A stretch of 64,000 nt of DNA from Minisyncoccia bacterium. Lineage in GTDB: Bacteria > Patescibacteriota > Minisyncoccia > Phycocordibacterales > UBA1006. Positions 26,720 to 34,884 of the stretch are shown here, in pieces. Within the stretch, counting starts at the first letter, position 1. Every line of letters begins with the position of its first letter. The stretch covers positions 40,058 to 104,057 of the forward strand of contig JBGATS010000002.1 of assembly GCA_044229075.1 (NCBI GenBank), in the 5' to 3' direction. The notes beneath the pieces are model-generated. The model ran no database searches and was not told the origin of the DNA. It saw only the letters and a list, made by a program, of their open reading frames with translations. Both the position numbers and the translations under genes were made by a program.

Positions 26720-27697
26720 ATGAAATTAGCTTCATTATTCACAGGTGCAGGAGGACTTGATTTAGGCTTTGAAAAAGCTGGTTTTCATGTTGTTTGGGCA
26801 AATGAGTATGATTCAACAATTTGGGATACATTTGAATATAACTTTCCAAAAACAAAACTCGACCGTCGTAGTATTGTAGATGTATCCCACTCAGATATTC
26901 CTAAAGTTGATGGAATTATCGGAGGTCCACCATGTCAGAGCTGGAGTGAGGCTGGGGCTGGTCGTGGAATAAACGATAAACGAGGTCAGTTATTTTTTGA
27001 TTATGTTCGATTACTAAAAGAAAGACAACCAAAGTTTTTCCTAGCTGAGAACGTTGCTGGAATTCTTCATCCGAAACATGCAGAGGCTTTTAATAATATT
27101 ATTAAATCATTTGAAGATGCTGGCTATGTAATATCCTGGAAATTATTAAACGCAAATGATTATGACGTTCCTGAGGACAGACTTCGTGTAATTATAGTTG
27201 GTTATCATAAAAAACTTAAAAAGAAATTTGAATTTCCTGAACCGCAAAAGTATAAACCCGTTCTTAAGGATGCAATTTTTGATTTACGATTAGCTAAACC
27301 TGCAAAAGATAAAAACAAAACAAATGGAGATGCCCTAAAAATACCAAACCATGAGTACATGATTGGTGGGTTTTCTACTATGTATATGTCACGAAATCGC
27401 GTTAGATCTTGGGATGAACCATCTTTTACTATCCAAGCTGGTGGTCGTCATGCACCACTACATCCACAAGCCCCAAAAATGAAATTCATATCTCAAAATG
27501 AAAGAGTTTTTGTTCCTGGTAAAGAAGATTTATATCGCCGTTTATCGGTACGAGAATGTGCAAGAATACAAACATTTCCCGATGATTTTATTTTTAAATA
27601 TCGTGATGTAGCTGATGGATATAAAATGATAGGTAATGCTGTACCAGTTAATTTTGCATACCATATAGCTAAGAAAATAATGAAAGATTTAAAATAA
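26720..27697 (+). CDS. DNA (cytosine-5)-methyltransferase, M.HaeIII-like
   Basis: Motif I LFTGAGGLDLGF, motif IV GGPPCQSWS, motif VI FLAENV and motif X IGNAVPVNFA are present. Long stretches (KNKTNG...NHEY.IG.FST..MSRNRVR.W.EP.FT.QA.GR...LHPQAP...YRRL.VRECAR.Q.FPDDFIF.Y...DGYKMIGNAVPVN) match my recollection of M.HaeIII (GGCC). Confidence 0.85.
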   Translation: MKLASLFTGAGGLDLGFEKAGFHVVWANEYDSTIWDTFEYNFPKTKLDRRSIVDVSHSDIPKVDGIIGGPPCQSWSEAGAGRGINDKRGQLFFDYVRLLKERQPKFFLAENVAGILHPKHAEAFNNIIKSFEDAGYVISWKLLNANDYDVPEDRLRVIIVGYHKKLKKKFEFPEPQKYKPVLKDAIFDLRLAKPAKDKNKTNGDALKIPNHEYMIGGFSTMYMSRNRVRSWDEPSFTIQAGGRHAPLHPQAPKMKFISQNERVFVPGKEDLYRRLSVRECARIQTFPDDFIFKYRDVADGYKMIGNAVPVNFAYHIAKKIMKDLK

Positions 27698-27708
27698 AGA
27701 ATAAAGAG

Positions 27709-28974
27709 CTAAATTTTAATTATTTTGTTTTTCAAAATCAACTCACTACTGATACATTCCAAGATAGATCTTTGTTCTAGCGGAGATCCTTCTTTTAGTA
27801 CAAATTTTGTATAATCCCTGAGATCAATTGGTTCTATTTTTTCTGTCTTTTTCTTACCCAAGAACATTGCTTGTAGTTTCTTGAACTTCTGTATCTCAAC
27901 ATCAAGTTTTGCTGTCAACTTAACCTTATTGATATTTAAGGTATCAACCATATCGAGTAGTGACTCAATTAGTTCAGTCTCGTTCAATGCAGGGTTCTTA
28001 CAATTCCGATCTTTGGCTTTTGTACATCGGTAATATACATGTCGATTTACTCCACCATTCAGTAGCTTCTTGAATTTTTCATCGGCAGTAATACCTGATC
28101 CACACACTCCACATTTCATAATTCTCGTAAAGGCAAATTCCTTGCCTTGTGATTTTATAGTCTGCGATTTGATAGAATTTCGTGTCTCATCAAATAATTC
28201 CTTGGAGATGATCGGCTTATGTTTTCCCTCATACCAGATACCAGCACCTTGAGGAAACTCAAAGCGACCATAATAGAAAGTATTATTTATAATTTTGAAC
28301 ACATTTCCTAGACTTAAGTGAAAACCTCTGTGAGTTTTGAAATTGAGATCATATCGTAACCATGCGTGTACTTTTGATACACTCCATTTTTCGTAGCTGA
28401 TCTTCTCAAATATCTGGCGTATGGTATCGGCTCGTTCTGGATCTATTTCCACCTCACACTTGGCTAATCGTTGGTTAGGCTTTCTATATCCTGTTGGTGG
28501 TTGTACTGGCCATAGACCCATTTCGCATCTCGCCCTCATTCCACGCTTTACATTGATACTTTTATTATCATTTTCTAGTTTTGCTTGAGAACACAGAATC
28601 ATCAACAAGAACTTATCACTTGGAGAATTCGTAAATGTCTGACCAAATGTTTTGATCTGAATTAGTTTTTTCTGATCCATTCTATCTACGAGTTTTCCAA
28701 GATCTCCTGCATTACGAGAAAGTCTATCGGGTGCCCATGTGATTATTCCGTTGAATATATCAGTATCGATATCTTTTACGATTTCCTCAAATACTGGTCT
28801 TTGTCCTGACTCTTTTGCACTATGTGATTCCTTCCGAATCTCAACTATGGTGAGATTTTCACGTTCTGCAATCTGTCTCATTTCCTTGATCTGAGAATCA
28901 ATAGAAAGAGCTTGTTTTTCTTCAGCTTCTGTTGATTTACGAGCATATAAGCAATATTTTAATGGTGCTTCCAT
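27709..28974 (-). CDS. Large serine recombinase (resolvase/invertase N-domain plus recombinase domain plus Zn-ribbon)
   Basis: N-terminus YARKSTEAEEKQALSIDSQIKEMRQIAERENL...WAPDRLSRNAGDLGKLVD holds the catalytic Ser region. A recombinase domain and a C-terminal CGVCGS...YYRCTK...C zinc ribbon follow. Confidence 0.85.
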   Translation of the reverse strand: MEAPLKYCLYARKSTEAEEKQALSIDSQIKEMRQIAERENLTIVEIRKESHSAKESGQRPVFEEIVKDIDTDIFNGIITWAPDRLSRNAGDLGKLVDRMDQKKLIQIKTFGQTFTNSPSDKFLLMILCSQAKLENDNKSINVKRGMRARCEMGLWPVQPPTGYRKPNQRLAKCEVEIDPERADTIRQIFEKISYEKWSVSKVHAWLRYDLNFKTHRGFHLSLGNVFKIINNTFYYGRFEFPQGAGIWYEGKHKPIISKELFDETRNSIKSQTIKSQGKEFAFTRIMKCGVCGSGITADEKFKKLLNGGVNRHVYYRCTKAKDRNCKNPALNETELIESLLDMVDTLNINKVKLTAKLDVEIQKFKKLQAMFLGKKKTEKIEPIDLRDYTKFVLKEGSPLEQRSILECISSELILKNKIIKI

Positions 28975-29009
28975 ATGTATATTAATGACAGACCAGTTGG
29001 TGGTGCATA

Positions 29010-29043
29010 GTCTATGCAGAACTATAAATACGTCGCATACTCG
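29010..29043 (+). repeat. 34-bp direct repeat copy 1 (GTCTATGCAGAACTATAAATACGTCGCATACTCG), promoter/operator-like, upstream of the MTase gene
   Basis: It matches 32 of 34 positions with the copy at 30151-30184. Both copies lie about 85-90 nt upstream of consecutive + strand genes. Confidence 0.7.
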
Positions 29044-29128
29044 AATTTAGTAAAATAGTTAGATATTTACATTTATTAAAATATATGTTAATATTTATTA
29101 AATTTTACTCATTTTAAATTTAATAACA

Positions 29129-30094
29129 ATGAAAAGTCAATTTATTAAAGATTACGGTACAACCGTAACACCAGAAATTTATATTAATGCCCTGCAAGGA
29201 CATCAGTACATCCCACAAGCAGATAAATGTATAGGTGATATTGTATCCAGAAAGCTAAACATTAGTCTTCCAGAAGATAAATTTTCTTTACTAGATGTAG
29301 GTTGTGGACCTAATAGATTAACTTCTCAATTTGCTGCTATTGTTGGCTCGGGAGTTGTTGGTATTGATATATCTGAGTCATTCATTAGGTTTTCAAATGA
29401 AAACTTGCCATGTTTAAAGCCTGGTAATATGCGTTCCAATCCTACCTTTTTTCAGATTGATTTTAGTAATACTAAAGAGTTAGGAATTCTTAAAGAGTCG
29501 CGACCTTTTGATGTTATTATTATGCATGGTGTTATGCATCATATTCATGGTAGTGATAGAATTTCGTTCATTCAAAATGCTTATGACTATCTTTACAGTA
29601 CAGGAACTCTCATTATTGGAGATGAATTTATAGCTGATTATGATTCAGATCAAACTCGTAAAGATAATATTGCAAAATTTTACTGCCATATTATTGATGA
29701 AGCTCGCAAAGGTGGATTCAATAAATTAGCTGAAGAAGAGGCAAAAAATCTTATTGACGATTACTTTTCAGGAACAGAATATGCCGGCTACGGAGGTAGT
29801 AAAGTGTTTGAATGTATTTATGAATTCTCTCAAAAGATTAATACTGAATTCTATACCAGAGGTATATTTGGTGAATTTACTAAACTCATTGATCTTATGG
29901 AAAAGAATATTATAAGATTAATAGAACATCTTGAGCCGAACACAACTTCCTTTAATCGAGGCGATTATAAAACTTCTATTAATAAGTTTGCGTCAGAAGT
30001 CAGCGAGTACGGATTTACACTTTCAGAAACCTATAGGATTGGTCCTGTGGATCAATTGGGTGGTATGGGGGTTTTGGTTTTCAAAAAGTATTAG
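29129..30094 (+). CDS. Class I SAM-dependent methyltransferase with extra C-terminal domain
   Basis: LLDVGCGPNRLT (motif I), VGIDIS, FDVIIMHGVMHHI and GTLIIGDEF are followed by an approx. 130-aa C-terminal extension of unknown function. Confidence 0.65.
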   Translation: MKSQFIKDYGTTVTPEIYINALQGHQYIPQADKCIGDIVSRKLNISLPEDKFSLLDVGCGPNRLTSQFAAIVGSGVVGIDISESFIRFSNENLPCLKPGNMRSNPTFFQIDFSNTKELGILKESRPFDVIIMHGVMHHIHGSDRISFIQNAYDYLYSTGTLIIGDEFIADYDSDQTRKDNIAKFYCHIIDEARKGGFNKLAEEEAKNLIDDYFSGTEYAGYGGSKVFECIYEFSQKINTEFYTRGIFGEFTKLIDLMEKNIIRLIEHLEPNTTSFNRGDYKTSINKFASEVSEYGFTLSETYRIGPVDQLGGMGVLVFKKY

Positions 30095-30105
30095 ATTACG
30101 CTTTT

Positions 30106-30140
30106 AACGGATTGTTCAATTGAACAATCCGTTTTTTATT
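30106..30140 (+). terminator. Terminator after the MTase gene
   Basis: Perfect hairpin aacggattgttcaat/tgaacaatccgtt followed by T6. Confidence 0.85.
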
Positions 30141-30150
30141 TTTAAATTTG

Positions 30151-30184
30151 GTCTATGCAGAACTAAAAATACGTCACATACTCG
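30151..30184 (+). repeat. 34-bp direct repeat copy 2 (GTCTATGCAGAACTAAAAATACGTCACATACTCG) upstream of the radical-SAM gene
   Basis: See copy 1. It contains the TAAAAAT/TATAAAT -10-like core. Confidence 0.7.
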
Positions 30185-30271
30185 TGAAGTCTTTTTAAAT
30201 ATAACACTTGATTTATTTATAAAGTATGATATAATAAAAACAAAATTTCGTAACTTGTAAAATAAATAAAA

Positions 30272-32200
30272 ATGAAAAATAAAATTCTAAATTTCGTCAA
30301 AATAACTGGAGTTTTGTTGCTTTTATTTGTAACATTTCTTTCACAGTTATCATTTACAGTATCCAAGTATATTGGGATACCTCCTAACCATGAGGCAGGG
30401 TCAGGAACATCTGCATGTGTAGAATATGAAATAGATGGAAAAATTTATCGAAACTATTCATCTGAAGCCATAAAGCTATATAATCTTGATTCTTGCAGAG
30501 TAGGAATACATTTGCCTGGATATTTTAATCCAAGTAATGGAGAAACAAGTCCAATGAGTACGCATTTCCCTAAAAAAGATATTCAATTTTGTTTCAAGTA
30601 TGTTGAATATATCTTACCTGTACAAGTAAGAGTTCCAACAAGAAAAAACCAAAAGGATTACTCTTTTAGGGTCATGGGAGTATCTGCTCCTCAATGGGTT
30701 TCAACTGGGGGTACTTCTATAAGTTACGCACTTGATAGTCGAACACCTTTTAGCTTGCAAAATGCCCTAAGGCTTGCCGTACAAGACGCACAAAGATCAC
30801 AAAGTGTTTGGGGTCTTTCTAATTGGTCTGACCCTGAAAATCTTCATGACTCAGTATTTCTCATGAATTATTTTGAAGAAGAAAAAGAAAACTTCGTTCA
30901 AAGAATTCGTGAAATACAACCACATGTACTATTTATCGGATCAATGACACTTTCATTTCCTGGTGCAGTTCAAATTGCTAAACTAGCAAAACAAGAACTA
31001 GGTAATGTGTTCGTTGTTCTTGGCGGTAAACATGCTATTGAAACCATCTATTGGAAAGATAATCAAGTAAATCACCATCCCGCTTCGCCAACATTATTAA
31101 TGCAAAATAAGTCTATACCAGAAGTATTTGACTTAGTGGTATCGGGTGACGGTGAAGATGTTGTAAAATCTATTGGAGAGATATTAGGTCAAGAAATTGT
31201 AAATCAAAAATGTATTTTACCTTTTTCTGAATATCAAAATAGTTTTGAAAAAACAAAAGGTAATTTTATACTTACTTGGTTTGAGGATGGGAAAATTAAA
31301 AGTTTTACTAAGCAAAAAAACCCACTTGAGCACGATCTACTTCCGTCACCAGTCTCTCTTTTTGGTGTAAATACATCTTTTCCTGTTTTTGGAAAAGAGT
31401 TTACAGCACATGTTTATAGTGACATGGGAAAAGGTTGCGTATTTAATTGTTTTTTCTGTTCCGAACGTTCTGCAATTAATGGTCCTATTGTGCAATCTGG
31501 TAGTCCGGCAAAAAGACTTTACACACAACTCAGAGATGCTTCTTTGCAAAATGATTCAATGAGTGCGTTTGTAGAGGATTCGATTTTACTTATGGGTTTA
31601 CCAAAACATTTAGATGAGTTTGTTTGTCTTCTTGAATCAAATCCTTTACCTATTGTATTTGGAGGTCAATTTACTATTGATAATTTACTTGATCCAAAGG
31701 TTCAGCCTTGTATTCAAAGATTATCTCAATTAGGATTAGTATATATTTATACTGGAATGGAAACTTCCAACGAAGAAATTGCCACAGAAATGAGTAAAAA
31801 CACCAAGAGGAAAGAAGGTTGGATTGAGCGAAACAAAAAAGCTGTCCAATTTGTAACAGATTTAGGCATTAAACACGGAGTAAGTATTCTTTGGGGATTA
31901 GGTGAGTCATCTCAAGATCGACAAAACCAACTTTCAATTATTGAAAGTTTCCAAAATAAATATAATAATCCTGTTTGTGTATCACCTAATTGGGCAACCC
32001 AACATCCTTTGTTTAATCAATCTCAGTTCATATACACTGATTGGGGTACTGATAAGGATAGTGATTACTTAAAATATTTCACGCAATTATTTGGAGAAGC
32101 TTCTGAAAGGTATTGTTTGAACAACATAAACCTTCCAGATACTAAAGAGTTAGAGTTTTTGATTTCAAAGTTTCGCCAATTAAATATTAAAAATATTTAA
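30272..32200 (+). CDS. Membrane-anchored B12-binding radical SAM enzyme (class B radical-SAM-like) with novel approx. 200-aa N-terminal domain
   Basis: N-terminal hydrophobic anchor ILNFVKITGVLLLLFVTFLS. A B12-binding-like segment HVLFIGSMTLSFPGAVQIAKLAKQELGNVFVVLGGKHA. The CVFNCFFC (CxxxCxxC) radical SAM cluster motif at about aa 390. Confidence 0.6.
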   Translation: MKNKILNFVKITGVLLLLFVTFLSQLSFTVSKYIGIPPNHEAGSGTSACVEYEIDGKIYRNYSSEAIKLYNLDSCRVGIHLPGYFNPSNGETSPMSTHFPKKDIQFCFKYVEYILPVQVRVPTRKNQKDYSFRVMGVSAPQWVSTGGTSISYALDSRTPFSLQNALRLAVQDAQRSQSVWGLSNWSDPENLHDSVFLMNYFEEEKENFVQRIREIQPHVLFIGSMTLSFPGAVQIAKLAKQELGNVFVVLGGKHAIETIYWKDNQVNHHPASPTLLMQNKSIPEVFDLVVSGDGEDVVKSIGEILGQEIVNQKCILPFSEYQNSFEKTKGNFILTWFEDGKIKSFTKQKNPLEHDLLPSPVSLFGVNTSFPVFGKEFTAHVYSDMGKGCVFNCFFCSERSAINGPIVQSGSPAKRLYTQLRDASLQNDSMSAFVEDSILLMGLPKHLDEFVCLLESNPLPIVFGGQFTIDNLLDPKVQPCIQRLSQLGLVYIYTGMETSNEEIATEMSKNTKRKEGWIERNKKAVQFVTDLGIKHGVSILWGLGESSQDRQNQLSIIESFQNKYNNPVCVSPNWATQHPLFNQSQFIYTDWGTDKDSDYLKYFTQLFGEASERYCLNNINLPDTKELEFLISKFRQLNIKNI

Positions 32201-32229
32201 TTGGTATTGTAAAGAGCAAGTGTCCTGTA

Positions 32230-33264
32230 TTAGGTCTTGCTCTTTTTTATTTCAATTAATTTTTGCACTAGTTTTTTAAAATCAGTAATCTTTGTTTTAC
32301 TTGTAAACGAAATACGAATTCCGGGATTTTTTGGTTCTGTAATGGAATACTTTTTATTATGAAAAACATGAATATTGTATTCTTTTAGGTTATTAATAAC
32401 TTTTTCGATATTTCTTTTCCACGGAATAGTTACTATATAATCTACCTGGTTTTGTGTTTTGTATACAGTAAGATCGTTTTCTTTGATCAATTTTTCAAGG
32501 TAATTTCTTTTTTGACGAAGAATTTTAGAATTAATTATTACTTTCTTTATATTCACTAAAGTTGAATATATTTCTCTTGAAAACTCTTTTGGATCAATAG
32601 ACCATTGATCCATGTTATATTTTTTCCTTAAAGATTTACTAATATAACAAAACCCAATATGAGGTTCTGCATTTATAAATTTAGAAGTAACCCCTAGATA
32701 AATATCTGAAATCTTTTTTGGGTTCACTGATAGTATACCAACTGACTGAGAACCATCAACTATTAGTATATTATGAGGGTTTATCTTTTTAATCTCTCTA
32801 TATAATTTTTCATTAACAAATCTTTCGCCTGTCATTCGTGATACATGCGAGATAATAATTATTGCGGGCTTTTTCCTGATTACTTTTTCTATATTCTCCA
32901 AGTTTACTTCTGGATTAAAAAGTGTGACATCCTTTTTAATAAAGGGAACCGATTTTTGTTTTACGTAATTTGGGTACGTTGTTTCGCGAACAGGAAGCTT
33001 ACCTGTTCCAAATAATGTTTTAAACCACTTAATCTCGTGATTACTTATAAATATATTATAGTCACTTTTTTCAAGTATTGGTTTTAGTGAAAAAATAAGA
33101 GATGTTGTTAGATTTTGAGAAAAAGACAAAGAATCGTTTTTACCTAAGTGTAAAAGCCTTTTTAGTAAAAAGCAAAAATCTTGAAAATTTTTAGTATAAT
33201 TTTTAATACTAGTGTTTTCTAACTGCTTAATCTTACGCCCGTCTGAATAATTTAAGTAAATCAT
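32230..33264 (-). CDS. Class V PLP-dependent aminotransferase / cysteine-desulfurase-like protein (divergent)
   Basis: Fold-type I class V pattern: IYLNYS..., ISNHEIKW (EH-like), AIIIISHVSRMTGERF, ILIVDGSQSVG and TSKF (candidate PLP lysine). It is very AT-rich and convergent with the radical SAM gene. Confidence 0.5.
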   Translation of the reverse strand: MIYLNYSDGRKIKQLENTSIKNYTKNFQDFCFLLKRLLHLGKNDSLSFSQNLTTSLIFSLKPILEKSDYNIFISNHEIKWFKTLFGTGKLPVRETTYPNYVKQKSVPFIKKDVTLFNPEVNLENIEKVIRKKPAIIIISHVSRMTGERFVNEKLYREIKKINPHNILIVDGSQSVGILSVNPKKISDIYLGVTSKFINAEPHIGFCYISKSLRKKYNMDQWSIDPKEFSREIYSTLVNIKKVIINSKILRQKRNYLEKLIKENDLTVYKTQNQVDYIVTIPWKRNIEKVINNLKEYNIHVFHNKKYSITEPKNPGIRISFTSKTKITDFKKLVQKLIEIKKSKT

Positions 33265-33420
33265 TATACAAATATTAACATATATTATCTCTATACAAAA
33301 CCATTAATCTATTTCATACTCGCATGACCTCTTAGCAAAACATATTTTTTGCGATATGATCATGGAATATTAACATAAAGTGTGTTAATATAAGATTATA
33401 ACTTAATAAAATTAAAATGA

Positions 33421-33615
33421 CCTAACCCCTTTGGTTTTCCAAAGGATATGGTTGCAAAACTCGCTACAAGATAAAAACCCCATCATCAGGGGCTATTACT
33501 TGTAGCGAGTCGTATCGGGAAACTGGTACGGGTAACTTCGGTTACCGATGCCTTGGTGGTGGGATTTTTGTTTACCACCAAAATATTATTAACCATAAAA
33601 ACTCGCTACAAAAAT
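33421..33615 (+). other. Highly structured non-coding region (possible cis-regulatory RNA) upstream of the gene at 33616
   Basis: Direct repeat AAAACTCGCTACAA at 33456 and 33597. The inverted copy CTTGTAGCGAG at 33499 can pair with either. Hairpins ggtaac-ttcg-gttacc and ttggtggtggg...ccaccaa lie between. This gives alternative-pairing geometry. Confidence 0.4.
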
Positions 33616-34128
33616 ATGGAAACAAAAACTCTTTCCCAAAAAGGAATGGGTTGGGCTAAAAAACATCCAATCCTTTCCGTCATTGGGGTCATTTTTATAA
33701 TAGGACTTATCGGCAGTATTGTTGATCCTTCTGAAAAGAAACCAGATGAGCCTAAATTACAAGAACAAGTTCAGCAGGTTGTGTTTGATGTTCCTTCGCT
33801 TATTGGGAAAAACATAGATGAAATTGAATTTATCTACGGCAAGGAAGAATCACAGGAACCGAATGAGTATCAAATTAATACCGTTACTGAATGGAGTAAG
33901 GAATTCAAAAGGGATGAATTTATTCTTCTTGTAACATATGACTACAAAACAAGAGTTGTTAAAGATTTCTTTGTTTCTGCAACTGACGAAATTTATGAGA
34001 GTAGAGATAAGGATCGAATGATGAGTATTACAAATACTAATAAATATGATTCAAAATATTCAGTATCATTTGTAAAAGCAATGACTGACTCAACTCGATT
34101 CACTGGAATACAGATTTCGCCAAAATAA
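33616..34128 (+). CDS. Membrane-anchored hypothetical protein
   Basis: METKTLSQKGMGWAKKHPILSVIGVIFIIGLIGSIV (TM) is followed by an approx. 130-aa soluble domain. The ORF-track start at 33553 overlaps the structured region, and the ATG at 33616 is preferred. Confidence 0.4.
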   Translation: METKTLSQKGMGWAKKHPILSVIGVIFIIGLIGSIVDPSEKKPDEPKLQEQVQQVVFDVPSLIGKNIDEIEFIYGKEESQEPNEYQINTVTEWSKEFKRDEFILLVTYDYKTRVVKDFFVSATDEIYESRDKDRMMSITNTNKYDSKYSVSFVKAMTDSTRFTGIQISPK

Positions 34129-34299
34129 AGTTATGGGTTTTCGTAGTCAAATTAAGGTTTGGATCAGAAAATTCTTTCATAAGAAAGATAATATATTCAT
34201 TATTAAAATGTGGATCAATATTCCCACCAAACCAAAACCACAGAAACCCTATATACCCAAAAAGCGATCGTTGAACGTATCGCTTTTTGATTATATGGA

Positions 34300-34884
34300 T
34301 TAATCATCATTATCTTCGTTTAAAAATTGAGCATTTATTTCATTTATCTTTTCTGACAAACTATTAAGCTGTTCGGTCACAATATTTTTTACTGCAGGAT
34401 CACTAAGATCGGTCATATCTAAAAATGGTGATTCTGGCTTCATTGGGTGGTATCGACCACTGTTATGCCGTAATGCAAATATGATTGCATTGAGGTCTCC
34501 TTCAAGGATTTTCTTCATGAGCATTGATTCTCCAATATCAAGAAAGTCTAATCTTCTTTCTTGTGGAGTATTAAAGAGGTTAATATCCAACATGCCATTT
34601 TTCGGCTTTTTCATAAAACGGTCATCGTTATGTGAAAGCCAGTATTTAATCATCCCTGAATCGCCTTGCTTGATCTTGTTGATAGTCTGACTAGTCGCCA
34701 AATCGTTCACATTGTTAATTCCTTGTGTCATACATTCTTCGTACTGTTTCTTGAAATCAGGATCTTCCTTAAGCCATCTAAAAATAGTTTGTCGGGAAAG
34801 GTTTAACTGTTTACAGACAGCACTAACAACAGGAGTATTCCTGAGTTCTTCGAGAAAAAGTTTTGATTTACGATGCTTTTTCAT
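34300..34884 (-). CDS. HTH protein, phage terminase small-subunit-like
   Basis: HTH VSAVCKQLNLSRQTIFRWLKEDPDF sits near the N-terminus and the C-terminus is acidic. It lies next to the ParB-methyltransferase gene, as in phage packaging/partition modules. The alternative start at 35001 would overlap the upstream gene by 134 nt. Confidence 0.4.
   Translation of the reverse strand: MKKHRKSKLFLEELRNTPVVSAVCKQLNLSRQTIFRWLKEDPDFKKQYEECMTQGINNVNDLATSQTINKIKQGDSGMIKYWLSHNDDRFMKKPKNGMLDINLFNTPQERRLDFLDIGESMLMKKILEGDLNAIIFALRHNSGRYHPMKPESPFLDMTDLSDPAVKNIVTEQLNSLSEKINEINAQFLNEDNDD

Noticed and set aside
33316-33323. A third copy of CATACTCG (part of the 34-bp repeat) upstream of the class-V PLP gene
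   Set aside because: Only 8 nt match, and it is in the wrong orientation for the minus-strand gene. This is likely chance.
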